Position numbers and translations under genes: made by a program
Origin: Verrucomicrobiota bacterium
GTDB lineage: Bacteria > Verrucomicrobiota > Lentisphaeria > Lentisphaerales > Lentisphaeraceae
DNA length: 64,000 nucleotides
Reading direction: 5' to 3'
Assembly (NCBI GenBank): GCA_039798785.1
Contig: JBDKFG010000001.1
Location: forward strand, 160,001 to 224,000
Shown here: piece after piece, positions 28,809 to 37,808 of the stretch
Numbering within the stretch: the first letter of the stretch is position 1
Layout: each line of letters begins with the position of its first letter
The notes under the pieces: model-generated
What the model saw: only the letters and a program-made list of their open reading frames with translations
What the model was told of the DNA's origin: nothing
The model's database searches: none

Positions 28809-29679
28809 TGCAGGGCGCGAAGGCCGCGCGCAGTTCCTGGTAACGGTACCATTCGATCTGAGAGAGGTGGAGTTCTTCGATGGGGCTGAAGTCTTCGTTC
28901 AGCAAGGGGCGCAAGCCGTGAGCGAAGTCGTCGAGATCGAGATTGCCGAAGCCGGTGGCGAGAGCAGCCATGGCGACTCGTTTGGCGCCAAGGTCTGCCG
29001 CCTTTTGCAGGGCGACGCGACAGGTTTTGGTGATCATTTCGACGGATGACTGATAGAAGCCATCGATGGCGACTGCATGCAGGACGCCGAGATAGGGACT
29101 GTTTGGCGATTGCCAGAGGAAGACCTCGCCCGGGCGGGCGAAGCAGCGTTCCCGGTCCTTGAGCAGGGCGTGCAGCTCCTCCTGCATGCCGCCGCCATAA
29201 CGCAGCAGCAGTTCACCGCCGACACCGCCGGTCAGGTTAAGGCTGACATTGGCGGAGCAGACCAGGACATCGGCGGGGATGTCAAGCAGGTTGCCGTGGT
29301 GGAGGTGGAGGTGCATGGGCTGATAATAGCTATAGCGTGTGCATCCCGTGAGTTTGATAGCTTCTCCATGGCGGAGGAAATACTCCGCCTCGATTTGAGC
29401 GTTGGAGATGGATTCACCTTTTGCCATTCGGAGGACAAAATCATAAAACCATTCGGCCTTGGCGTTTCTAAAATGCTCGAGCCAATACGGATCGTCTACA
29501 ACTTTATCAAGGGCAATTCCGCCGCCACTGAAATTCCAGGAGTTTCCACCCCAGAACTCGATTCGGTCGTCGCACGCTTCAAGCAGATATCCGACTCCGT
29601 AGGAAGTGGCTCTTGGTTTGTCGACGTACTCGCCAATCACAAACGCCTGGATTTTTCGCGCGGTTTTTCGAGGTTTCAT
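28789..29679 (-). CDS. Macro-domain protein with unknown N-terminal domain
   Basis: GNLLDIPADVLVCSAN..L.LTGGVG, LHAV, ALATGFG from Met at 29316; first 121 codons unrelated and AT-richer. Confidence 0.8.
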   Translation of the reverse strand: MKPRKTARKIQAFVIGEYVDKPRATSYGVGYLLEACDDRIEFWGGNSWNFSGGGIALDKVVDDPYWLEHFRNAKAEWFYDFVLRMAKGESISNAQIEAEYFLRHGEAIKLTGCTRYSYYQPMHLHLHHGNLLDIPADVLVCSANVSLNLTGGVGGELLLRYGGGMQEELHALLKDRERCFARPGEVFLWQSPNSPYLGVLHAVAIDGFYQSSVEMITKTCRVALQKAADLGAKRVAMAALATGFGNLDLDDFAHGLRPLLNEDFSPIEELHLSQIEWYRYQELRAAFAPCSPKGAT

Positions 29680-29704
29680 TTGGCTTCTTTATTTGGTGCT
29701 GAAG

Positions 29705-29783
29705 ATGTGGCTCGATCGTCCCGATCGAGGGTAGCTGCAGGTCGATATCTGTCGATGTCTATCGATATCACGATAGCTATCGA
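29705..29783. repeat. 79-bp intergenic direct repeat (REP-like hairpin plus ATCGAT-rich block)
   Basis: 68/79 identical without gaps to 30778-30856; partial copy at ~28538-28558. Confidence 0.85.
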
Positions 29784-29806
29784 AGGTGTCGACAGATGTC
29801 GAATAC

Positions 29807-30721
29807 TTAGAAACCCACAAACTGCCTCTCCATCAGCTCGCTCAATCCCGGCTGACGCAGGATCAGGTCGCGCCACTCGGCGGGCAGACATTCGGGACCG
29901 TGGACAATGGCGGCAAGAGGTGCGGTGATTGCGGCGGTGGTGTCGGTGTCGCCGCCGAGATTGACGGCACGCAGGGTGATGTCGGCGAAGCTGCCACCCT
30001 TGGCGAGGCACCAGAGGCTGGCTTCGAGGCTGTGGACGACATAGCCGTCGCTGGAAATGGCGTCTTCGTCGGCCTGAAGGACGCTGCCGTCGAGGATACG
30101 ATCCAAGGGATTGAGATCGTCCGCGGCCAGCCAGGGTTTGATGTCCTTGACGGCGCGGGCCAAGGCCACCGCGACGGCATGCCCATGAAGCAGTTCGCGA
30201 ATGACGAGCGCGTAGATCTGGCAGCAGGCGCGGCTGCGCGAATGGGCGTGGGTCAAGGCGCTCCAGGTGCCGACGCGCTGGATCAGCTGCCCCGTGGGCA
30301 GGTCCTTTAGGGCCAAGGCCACCGGCAGGATGCGCATCAGCGAGCCGTTGCCGTTGTCGAATTCGCTGGTGCCGCCCCAGGGGGGTGACAGTTGACGTTG
30401 ATAGGCCTGAATGGCTTTTTTGGTGGCGATACCGATATCAAAGACATGATTGTTGACGGCCCAATACCCCTTGCTGAACCAGCGATCGAAGCGAGCCATG
30501 GCGACTTCGGGTTGATCGCCTTCGGTGACCAGCGTTTCCCAAGAGCAGAGCATCAAGGCGCCGTCGTCGCTCCAGGTGCCGGCATGTCGCCCCCAACGTC
30601 CGCCGCTACGCATGCCTCTGACGGGCTCGAAGTGCAGTTCGTCACGATCGCAAAATTCCACCGGCACGCCGAGGGCGTCGCCGATGAGGTGGGCGAGGAG
30701 AAGGTGGGAGTAGGGGTTCAT
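29807..30721 (-). CDS. ADP-ribosylglycohydrolase (ARH/DraG family)
   Basis: GDALG, WSDD, GNGSLMR, THAH, GGDTDT. Confidence 0.92.
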   Translation of the reverse strand: MNPYSHLLLAHLIGDALGVPVEFCDRDELHFEPVRGMRSGGRWGRHAGTWSDDGALMLCSWETLVTEGDQPEVAMARFDRWFSKGYWAVNNHVFDIGIATKKAIQAYQRQLSPPWGGTSEFDNGNGSLMRILPVALALKDLPTGQLIQRVGTWSALTHAHSRSRACCQIYALVIRELLHGHAVAVALARAVKDIKPWLAADDLNPLDRILDGSVLQADEDAISSDGYVVHSLEASLWCLAKGGSFADITLRAVNLGGDTDTTAAITAPLAAIVHGPECLPAEWRDLILRQPGLSELMERQFVGF

Positions 30722-30856
30722 GGGGTTTTTCCTGTCGTTCTTCTACTGGATCACTGGCGTCCCGTCGGCTTTGCTCAATGTGGCTCGATCGTCCCGATCG
30801 AAAGCAACTAAAGCCTGATATCTATCGATGTCTGTCGATATCACGATAGCTATCGA
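30719..30856. repeat. Composite intergenic repeat
   Basis: Left 55 nt match 31680-31734 (45/55); right 79 nt match 29705-29783. Confidence 0.85.
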
Positions 30857-30875
30857 TAACGAGTTGCGCGATTAT

Positions 30876-31682
30876 TCAGTCGAACCACTTGGCAAAGGCC
30901 TGTCTGCGAACATCGCCCTTGCTTTCGTAGATGGCGAAGACGACTTCCTTGAAGACGCCGCGGAATTCGCCGTGGAGCGCTTCATGGAAGAGGTGAGCCA
31001 CGAGTTCAGGGTCGTTGCCGAAGACGCCGCAGCCCCAGGCGCCGAGCACCAGGCGATCCTCGCCGCGAGAGGCGACGATGGCCAGAAGACGGCTGATGCG
31101 GCGGGCGAAACACGCTTCCAGACTGGGCAGGGATTCAGGCTCCTGACTGGCGACGGCACCGGCGTTGGGCGCTGGCGAAGTGATCACCGAGACCAGGACA
31201 GGTGCATCCAGCCAGCCCCCTTCGTCGTCGCGGAAGAAGGGAACGCCCGGCGAGTAGATCATGTGATCGGTGTAGAGCAGCGTCTTGTAGTACTTGTTGT
31301 CGCGGTAGTAATTCGGTTGAGTGAGCAAGCAAGGATGCAGGGCGCTCGAACGAGTCAGTGCCTCCTCTTGGGCTTGCGCGCCGGAAAGGAAGCCGCCGCC
31401 GGGGTTTTTCGCGGAGGCGAAATTGAGGGCGCAGACGCGACCGCTCGCGGCAAGGCGACAGGAGGCCGCCATGGTGCTTTCCGCGGTGACCGCAAAACGG
31501 GTTTCATGCCGTCCTGGCAAGACCGTTGGGATCAATGCGTCAGGGCGGATGCCGACGGTGCCGGAGATCGCCGCCTGGATGGATGCGGCAAGCTCGATTC
31601 TGCGCTCGCCGAGGGTGTAGTAGCCGTCTTCTATGGCTTTCAAAGTCTGTTGCGCGCAAAGCACGCGTTGGTCACGATTCAT
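30876..31682 (-). CDS. Microbial PARG-like protein (TIGR02452/DUF2263)
   Basis: LNFASAKNPGGGFLSGAQAQEE, YSP.V.FFRD, SPAPN, LGAWGCGVFGN. Confidence 0.92.
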   Translation of the reverse strand: MNRDQRVLCAQQTLKAIEDGYYTLGERRIELAASIQAAISGTVGIRPDALIPTVLPGRHETRFAVTAESTMAASCRLAASGRVCALNFASAKNPGGGFLSGAQAQEEALTRSSALHPCLLTQPNYYRDNKYYKTLLYTDHMIYSPGVPFFRDDEGGWLDAPVLVSVITSPAPNAGAVASQEPESLPSLEACFARRISRLLAIVASRGEDRLVLGAWGCGVFGNDPELVAHLFHEALHGEFRGVFKEVVFAIYESKGDVRRQAFAKWFD

Positions 31683-31798
31683 GGAGTGTTTCCTGTGGTT
31701 CATCTATTGGATCGCCGACGTCCCGCCGGCTGTGTTTCGTGGCTCGACCATCTTGGTCGAGGTGTTAGAATGAACTCGAGCTGGAAGCTCGAGCCACG
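31680..31798. repeat. Intergenic repeat with inverted REP-like pair
   Basis: CGTGGCTCGACC-ATCTT-GGTCGAG ... CTCGAGC-TGGAA-GCTCGAGCCACG. Confidence 0.75.
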
Positions 31799-32398
31799 TC
31801 AGTTGATCTCCACCCCCTCCTTCCGCATTTCGTCGATCGCGGCGGGAATGTCGTCGGGGCTGAGGCCGACGCCGCGGCAGGCGTCGAGGAGGAGGCGGAC
31901 GCGGAAGCCGAGGCGGAGGGCGTCGAGGGCGGTGGCGCGGACGCAGTAGTCGGTGGCGAGGCCGCAGATGCTGACGGCGTCGACGCCTTGCGCCTTCAGC
32001 CATTCGCCCAAACCGGTTGATTGGCGCTGGCCGTTGTCGAAGAAGCCGCTGTAGCTGTCGATGGCGGGGTCAGTGCCTTTGGGGAAGACCTTGGTCACTC
32101 GGCTCAAATCGAGTCCGGGGTGGAACTCGGCGCCGGGGGTCCCTTGGACGCAGTGGACCGGCCAGAGGACTTGAGGCAGGCCGGCCAGTTGCACCACTTG
32201 GAAGGGAGCCTTGCCGGGGTGATTGGCGGCGAAGCTGCCGTGATTGGCCGGGTGCCAGTCCTGGGTGGCGACGACGAGGTCGTGATCGGCCATCGCGGCG
32301 TTGGCTTTGGCGAGCACCGCATCGCCGTCGGGCACCGCGAGGGCGCCGCCGGGGCAGAAGTCGTTCTGGATGTCGACGAGGATGAGGGCGGTCTTCAT
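31799..32398 (-). CDS. pncA: Nicotinamidase/pyrazinamidase
   Basis: VDIQNDF, TQDWHP..H, WPVHCVQ, DSYSGF, GLATDYCV. Confidence 0.95.
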   Translation of the reverse strand: MKTALILVDIQNDFCPGGALAVPDGDAVLAKANAAMADHDLVVATQDWHPANHGSFAANHPGKAPFQVVQLAGLPQVLWPVHCVQGTPGAEFHPGLDLSRVTKVFPKGTDPAIDSYSGFFDNGQRQSTGLGEWLKAQGVDAVSICGLATDYCVRATALDALRLGFRVRLLLDACRGVGLSPDDIPAAIDEMRKEGVEIN

Positions 32399-32433
32399 GG
32401 CGGGCTCCTTGATTGGCTTGTCCCTAATCCAAT

Positions 32434-32454
32434 ATTATGTATTTTTTACACAAA
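32434..32454. promoter_or_regulatory. Candidate NrtR operator (GT-N7-AC palindrome)
   Basis: ATTATGT-ATTTTTT-ACACAAA, 21 bp, AT-rich, 36 bp upstream of pncA. Confidence 0.65.
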
Positions 32455-32496
32455 TGCAAGGGCTGATTTGAGTTTTTAGGGAGATCGCAGGAAATT

Positions 32497-33555
32497 TCAC
32501 TCAGGCAATTGAGCCAGCAGCTTGAGGCAGGAGGTGGAGAGTGGGGACTCGGGATCGGGCCAGGGGAGCCAGGTGGTTTCGCGGCTATTCAGCCAGGGGG
32601 CGAGTTCGTGGGCGAGGATTTCCTGGCAGGGGAGGAGGTGGTTGGCGAGGCGGTAGCGGGTGATGCTGGTGAGCAGGGCCTTGCCCTTGGGGACGGCCAG
32701 CTGCGGTGGTGCCGCGGGGTATTGCTTGAACTTGTCGGGGATCGGGCCGATGATCAGGGTCGGCAGTTCCCATTGGCCGTTGAGCCATTCGCCGGGGTTT
32801 TTGCGATAGGCGAGGAGGCGGCCTTGCGGGTCGCGCACGAGGAGTCGCAGGAGGGTGATCGGAGTGGCCGGGGCTTTCGGCGTCTTGGGGTCTTTGGCGG
32901 GCAGGCTTTCGGCGTCGCCGGCGAGGGCGGCGGCGCAGTGGTTTTTCAGGGGGCAGATGAGGCAGCGGGGTTGGCGGGGACGGCAGATTTCGCGGCCGAG
33001 ATCCATCAGGGCTTCGTTGAAGGCGCGCGGGCCGATGGCGGTGATCAATTCCTGCAGGGGCGAGTGCTCGGCCATGGCTTCGAGGCGGCGGCTGAGTTCG
33101 GGGCCTTGCGGCTGGCGCAAATGGAAGAGGCGGGAGAGGACGCGCTGCAGGTTGCCGTCGACGGCGAGGGCAGGCAGGTTGAGGCCGATGGCGCGCAGGG
33201 CGGCGGCGGTGTAGGGGCCGATGCCGGGGAGGCGGCGCAGGGCCTCGGTGTCGCTGGGGATGTCGCGGACCTGGGCGCAGGCGGCGGCGGCTTGGCGCAG
33301 GTGCTGGGCGCGGCGGTAGTAGCCGAGGCCGGCCCAGGCTTGGCGGAGGGCTTCGTCGTCGGCGGCGCCGAGGGCGGCGAAATCGGGGAAGCGGCGGAGG
33401 AAGTCGTCGAAGCGCGGCGCGACGCTGGCGACGGTGGTCTGCTGCAGCATGATTTCGGAGACGAGGGTGCCGTAGAGGCTGCGGCGGCGTCGCCAAGGGA
33501 GTTCGGCGTGAGTGGCGGCCGACCAGGCGGCGAGTTGGGTGAAGGCGTTTTGCAT
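32497..33555 (-). CDS. mutY: A/G-specific adenine glycosylase
   Basis: VSEIMLQQT, WAGLGYY, LPGIGPYTA, VDGN, CRPRQPRCLICPLKNHC Fe-S motif. Confidence 0.9.
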   Translation of the reverse strand: MQNAFTQLAAWSAATHAELPWRRRRSLYGTLVSEIMLQQTTVASVAPRFDDFLRRFPDFAALGAADDEALRQAWAGLGYYRRAQHLRQAAAACAQVRDIPSDTEALRRLPGIGPYTAAALRAIGLNLPALAVDGNLQRVLSRLFHLRQPQGPELSRRLEAMAEHSPLQELITAIGPRAFNEALMDLGREICRPRQPRCLICPLKNHCAAALAGDAESLPAKDPKTPKAPATPITLLRLLVRDPQGRLLAYRKNPGEWLNGQWELPTLIIGPIPDKFKQYPAAPPQLAVPKGKALLTSITRYRLANHLLPCQEILAHELAPWLNSRETTWLPWPDPESPLSTSCLKLLAQLPE

Positions 33556-33609
33556 GGCGCAGAAGATACACAGTCAAGACGGGAGGGGCGATGCCGAATC
33601 CTTGCCAAG

Positions 33610-34443
33610 TCAGCCTTTTTTGTCGAGCGACTCGAGCGTCTTCTTGGCTTCTTCATCGCCTTGGGCGAGGGCTTTTTCAAGCCAGAGGCGGGCGGCGCCT
33701 GGGTTGGCTTTGCAGCCGAGGCCGCGGAGGTAGCAGAGACCGACGTTGTACTGCGCCAGGGCCAGGCCTTGGTTGCCGGCCTGGACCCAGAGCTTCAAGG
33801 CCTTGTGCTCGTCTTTCTTCCTGCCCTCACCATTCATGTAACAGTCTCCAAGGGCAAAAAGCGCTTCGGCGTCATTTTGATCCGCGGCTTTCTGAAACCA
33901 TTCGGCGGCTTCGTGATGGTCGATGCTGACGACTTTACCAAGACTGAAGGCTTGCCCCATCTGATATTGGGCTCCGGCGTGGCCGGCTTCGGCGAGTTCC
34001 TTGAATAGCCGGAAGGCGGCATCGGGGTCGGCCTTGGTGCCGAGACCCTCCATCTGGCAGTGGGCGAGGGCGTATTGGGATTCGAGGTGACCCAATGCGG
34101 CTGCCTGGGTGAAGAGGCGGTAGGCTTCGCCCGGATTCTTCGCCGTGCCGCGGCCTTCCATGAGGCACCAGCCGAGGGCGTAATGGGCGAGGGCGAGATC
34201 CTGGGAGGAGGCTTGGCGAAAAGATTTCACCGCGGCTTCCGGATCGGCCGGGATGCCACGCCCTTCGAGCTGGCAGAGACCGACCCGGTAGCGGGCCGCG
34301 GCGCTGCCTGCATCGGCTTCTTTGACATCTCTGGCGAAGGCTGCGGCCGGGCTTTCTTCGACTTCGCGAATCGCCGGGGAGGCGGGGCTGGCCGCGGCGG
34401 CGTCGGGAGAACTCAGCAAGAGAAGAATAGAAAGGGTGTTCAT
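33610..34443 (-). CDS. Sel1-repeat protein
   Basis: Six A.Y.LG.C...G.G...D...A repeats. Confidence 0.9.
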   Translation of the reverse strand: MNTLSILLLLSSPDAAAASPASPAIREVEESPAAAFARDVKEADAGSAAARYRVGLCQLEGRGIPADPEAAVKSFRQASSQDLALAHYALGWCLMEGRGTAKNPGEAYRLFTQAAALGHLESQYALAHCQMEGLGTKADPDAAFRLFKELAEAGHAGAQYQMGQAFSLGKVVSIDHHEAAEWFQKAADQNDAEALFALGDCYMNGEGRKKDEHKALKLWVQAGNQGLALAQYNVGLCYLRGLGCKANPGAARLWLEKALAQGDEEAKKTLESLDKKG

Positions 34444-34566
34444 GGCGCACTCCGGAATTTTTCAGTGGTTTGAAATCTACGCAGGCTTGGTGCCAGGCCA
34501 AATTTGTCGCCGAGGACGGAACATTGCTGTCCCCCCGAGAGTCTAGGCGATAAAGGAGATTTGGGA

Positions 34567-35823
34567 ATGAAGCTTTTGATCGCCGTGTTTTTCCTGACAT
34601 CGCTCGGGGCTTGGGCCCAGGGCTTTCACGAGCGCGCGCCGAACAATTACAGCGGCACGTCGGAACAGAATGCTGCGACCTTGCTGAATCGTCGGCTGGA
34701 AGCGGGGGAGCTGCGTTTGGAGGTCAAGGGCGGGACGGGGCGGCTCGAGGCGGTTCTGGCGGCCTTGAAGGTGCCGGCGAGCAGTCAGATGCTGGTGAGC
34801 AGCAAGACCAGTTTCCACCGCGATTTGATTTCGCCTCAGAACCCGCGTGCGGTTTATTACGGGCCGGACGCGTATGTCGGCTGGGTCAAGGGGGCGGGGG
34901 TGCTGGAGGTGGCGGTGGGCGATCCCAAGCTGGGGCTGGTTTTCTACACCTTGAGCCAGGATTCGAAAGTGCCGCCGCGCTTTCGTCGCGACGATGCCTG
35001 CCTTTCCTGTCACGGCACCTCGCGCACCGGCAACGAGCCGGGACTGGTGATCCGTTCGATCTTCCCCGACGACAAGGGGAGGCCGATCTCCTCGGCGGGG
35101 GAAGCGGAGGTGGAGACCTCGACTCCTTTCGAGCAGCGTTGGGGCGGCTGGCTGGTGACGGGCCGTTTCGAGGGGCGGCATCGCGGCAACGGGGTGGCGG
35201 TCAAGCGTGGCGAAAGCTGGGTGCTAGAGCCTATGAAAGCGGCGGATCTGAAGGCCTTTTCGAAGGATTTTGACGCGTCGGTGTATTTGCGGCCGAGTAG
35301 CGACGTCGGCACCTTGATGGTCTTCGAGCAGCAGGCGACCTTGCACAATCTGTTGATCCGTGGGGCGCTGCAGGTGCGCTGCCTGCTGGAAAGCGACCGC
35401 GAAATCAACGAGCTCCTCGGGCAGAGCGGGCCGCGCGAGCAGAGCGTCCGGATCATCGGCAACCTGGCGAAGGAGATCGCCGCGTCGCTGCTCCTGAAGG
35501 GCGAGCCGGATCTGAGCGCGGCGAAGATCATTCCCGATGCCGCTTTCGCGGCCGATTTCGCCGCCTTGTGGCCGGCGAGCTCCGCGGGCGAGCGGCTCGG
35601 CGCGTTGGAAATGAAGTCGCAGCTGTTTCGGCTTCCCCTGTCGCCGATGATCCATTCACCGGCCTTCGAGGTCCTGCCGGCGGAGCTGAAAAGCGCGGCC
35701 TTCAAGGAGCTCCGCTCGGTCTTGGAAGGCGGCGGCGCCTGGCCGGAAGGGGTCAAGCCGATGACCGCCGAGATGAAGTTCAGGCTGCATCGCCACCTGC
35801 TCGAGACGGTCAAGGGCTACTGA
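34567..35823 (+). CDS. Secreted hypothetical protein with a single CxxCH motif
   Basis: AAGGAG RBS, signal peptide MKLLIAVFF..., CLSCH, RWGGWLVTG. Confidence 0.7.
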   Translation: MKLLIAVFFLTSLGAWAQGFHERAPNNYSGTSEQNAATLLNRRLEAGELRLEVKGGTGRLEAVLAALKVPASSQMLVSSKTSFHRDLISPQNPRAVYYGPDAYVGWVKGAGVLEVAVGDPKLGLVFYTLSQDSKVPPRFRRDDACLSCHGTSRTGNEPGLVIRSIFPDDKGRPISSAGEAEVETSTPFEQRWGGWLVTGRFEGRHRGNGVAVKRGESWVLEPMKAADLKAFSKDFDASVYLRPSSDVGTLMVFEQQATLHNLLIRGALQVRCLLESDREINELLGQSGPREQSVRIIGNLAKEIAASLLLKGEPDLSAAKIIPDAAFAADFAALWPASSAGERLGALEMKSQLFRLPLSPMIHSPAFEVLPAELKSAAFKELRSVLEGGGAWPEGVKPMTAEMKFRLHRHLLETVKGY

Positions 35824-35827
35824 GGCT

Positions 35828-36874
35828 TCAGGCTCCCGGGCGCCGCCAAGCTTGACCCAGGAAGCCTTCGACGAGGAAGTCGTCGCCGAGGATTTCGTGG
35901 CGGCGACCCTGGAGTTGCCAGGCGGCTTCGAGCGATTCGGGGTCGTCACCGGCGACGGCGGGACGGCTGCCTCTGCCGCCGAGAATCTTGGGGGCGATGA
36001 ACCAGCTCACCTGATCGACGCAGCCGGCGGCGAGGAGCGAGGCGGCGAGATTGCCTCCGCCTTCACAAAGGATGCGGGTTACACCTTCCTGGGCGAGAGA
36101 GGAGAGGATCTTGTCCCATTCGGCGGCTCCATCGGCTTGCAGGCAGCGGGCGGAGGCGCCGTCATCAGAACGGAAGACCTTGAGATCTGGCGACAGCGAT
36201 TCGGGGCGACGGGTCCAGACGAGGCGTTTCGGCTGTTTCGGCCATTCGGGATCTTCGACGCGGAGCGAGGGATCATCGAGGCGGCAGGTGTCGCCTCCGA
36301 CCAGGATGGCGTCGGCGAGGCGGCGGAATTCCTGAACCCGGCTGCGTGCGGCGGGGCCGGTGATCCAGCGCGACTGGCCGGAGGCGGTGGCGATGCGCCC
36401 GTCGAGAGTGCTGGCCAGTTTGAGATGGACCCAGGGGCGCTTGAGGGAGATCCACTTGAAGAAGGCGTGGTTGAGTTCCCAGCATTGTTCCGGCAGGACC
36501 GGTCCGGCGACTTCGACTCCGGCCTGGCGGAGGGCGTCGAGGCCGGCGCCGGCGTGGGCGGGATTGGGGTCGGCGATGCCGTAGACGAGGCGGGCGATGC
36601 CGGCCTTGAGGACGGCCTCGGTGCAGGGCGGGGTGCGGCCGCGGGTGCAGCAGGGCTCGAGGGTGACGTAGAGGGTGGCGCCGCGGGGGTCTTCGGTGCA
36701 GGAGGCGAGGGCTTCGGGTTCGGCGTGGGGCAGACCGGCGCGGCGGTGGTGGCCTCGGCCGATGAGGCGGCCGTCCTTGACGACGACGGCGCCGACGGCG
36801 GGATTGGGGGAGGTGAGTCCGGCGGCGAGGCGGGCTTCATCGAGGGCGGTGCTCATCCATTGGGAGTCGTTCAT
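35828..36874 (-). CDS. ribD: Riboflavin biosynthesis deaminase/reductase
   Basis: PNPAVG, HAE, TLEPCC..GRTPPC, K.ASTLDG, SRWIT, EGG. Confidence 0.95.
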   Translation of the reverse strand: MNDSQWMSTALDEARLAAGLTSPNPAVGAVVVKDGRLIGRGHHRRAGLPHAEPEALASCTEDPRGATLYVTLEPCCTRGRTPPCTEAVLKAGIARLVYGIADPNPAHAGAGLDALRQAGVEVAGPVLPEQCWELNHAFFKWISLKRPWVHLKLASTLDGRIATASGQSRWITGPAARSRVQEFRRLADAILVGGDTCRLDDPSLRVEDPEWPKQPKRLVWTRRPESLSPDLKVFRSDDGASARCLQADGAAEWDKILSSLAQEGVTRILCEGGGNLAASLLAAGCVDQVSWFIAPKILGGRGSRPAVAGDDPESLEAAWQLQGRRHEILGDDFLVEGFLGQAWRRPGA

Positions 36875-36896
36875 GGCGGGCTGTGGGGTTGGGGCT

Positions 36897-37736
36897 TCAG
36901 GGAGCGAGGGCTTCGACGGCGACGGCGGGGAGGGGGGAGCCCGGGACTGGGCTGCCGACGAGCCAGCCAGCCTCGCTGCGGATGGGCTGGGCGAGGCAGA
37001 GGTGGACATAGGCCTTGGCGCCGCGGCAGGCTTCCAGCCAGTCGGGGGACTGCTGGCGGGCGCGGATGGCGGTGGCGGCGGCGGCGAGACGGCAGCCGGT
37101 GCCGTGTGAGGCTGGCGCCTGGCGCAGCCGCGGCAGACGGAGCAGCCAGGTGCGCTGCCGGTCGCGGAGGATGTCGAGGGCATCGTCGCCGTCGCCGTGG
37201 CCGCCTTTGAGGAGGACGGCGCAGCCGTGCCGTTCAGCCAGTTCGGCGGCGGCGCGGCACTGCTCGGCCAGGCCGGCGAGGCTTCGACCGAGGAGGAATT
37301 CCGCTTCCGGCAGGTTCGGGGTGATCAGGGCGGCGCGGCGGAAGAGGCGGGGAAGCCGGGACTGGCCTGCGGGCGAGAGGAGGGCTCGTCCCGAGGTCGA
37401 GATCAGCACCGGATCGGCGACCAGGGGGGCGCCGGCGGGGAGCTCTCGCAGCAGCGCATCGAGGTTGGCGGCGCTGGCGAGCATGCCGCTCTTCACTGCG
37501 GCAAGGCGGAAATGAGATGCGACCGCGGCGATCTGGGAGGCGAAAGCTCGGGAGCTGAGAGGGTTCACCTCTCGCACCTGAAGCGGGTTCTGGGCGGTGG
37601 CGGCGCTGACGGCGCAGCAGCCGTGGACGCCGAAGTGGCGGAAGCTCAGCAGGTCGGCCTGGAGGCCGGCCTCGCCGCCGCTGTCGCTGCCGCCGGCTGC
37701 GAGGCAGACGGGCGCATAGTCTTCACTGTCGGGCAT
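36897..37736 (-). CDS. thiD: Hydroxymethylpyrimidine/phosphomethylpyrimidine kinase
   Basis: GSDSGGEAGLQADL, TAQN, KSGML, DPV, TPN..EA, KGGH, HGTGC. Confidence 0.92.
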   Translation of the reverse strand: MPDSEDYAPVCLAAGGSDSGGEAGLQADLLSFRHFGVHGCCAVSAATAQNPLQVREVNPLSSRAFASQIAAVASHFRLAAVKSGMLASAANLDALLRELPAGAPLVADPVLISTSGRALLSPAGQSRLPRLFRRAALITPNLPEAEFLLGRSLAGLAEQCRAAAELAERHGCAVLLKGGHGDGDDALDILRDRQRTWLLRLPRLRQAPASHGTGCRLAAAATAIRARQQSPDWLEACRGAKAYVHLCLAQPIRSEAGWLVGSPVPGSPLPAVAVEALAP

Positions 37737-37808
37737 TGCAAAGGTTCTCCATGGGGCCTAATATAGACGCAGGCGGAAACTGGGACTGGTGACGCCGCAA
37801 GGAGGAGT

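Noticed and set aside
28538..31798. CRISPR array or integron attC array
   Set aside because: Repeats are separated by whole genes and are not uniform; no cas or intI gene; no consistent RYYYAAC/GTTRRRY ends
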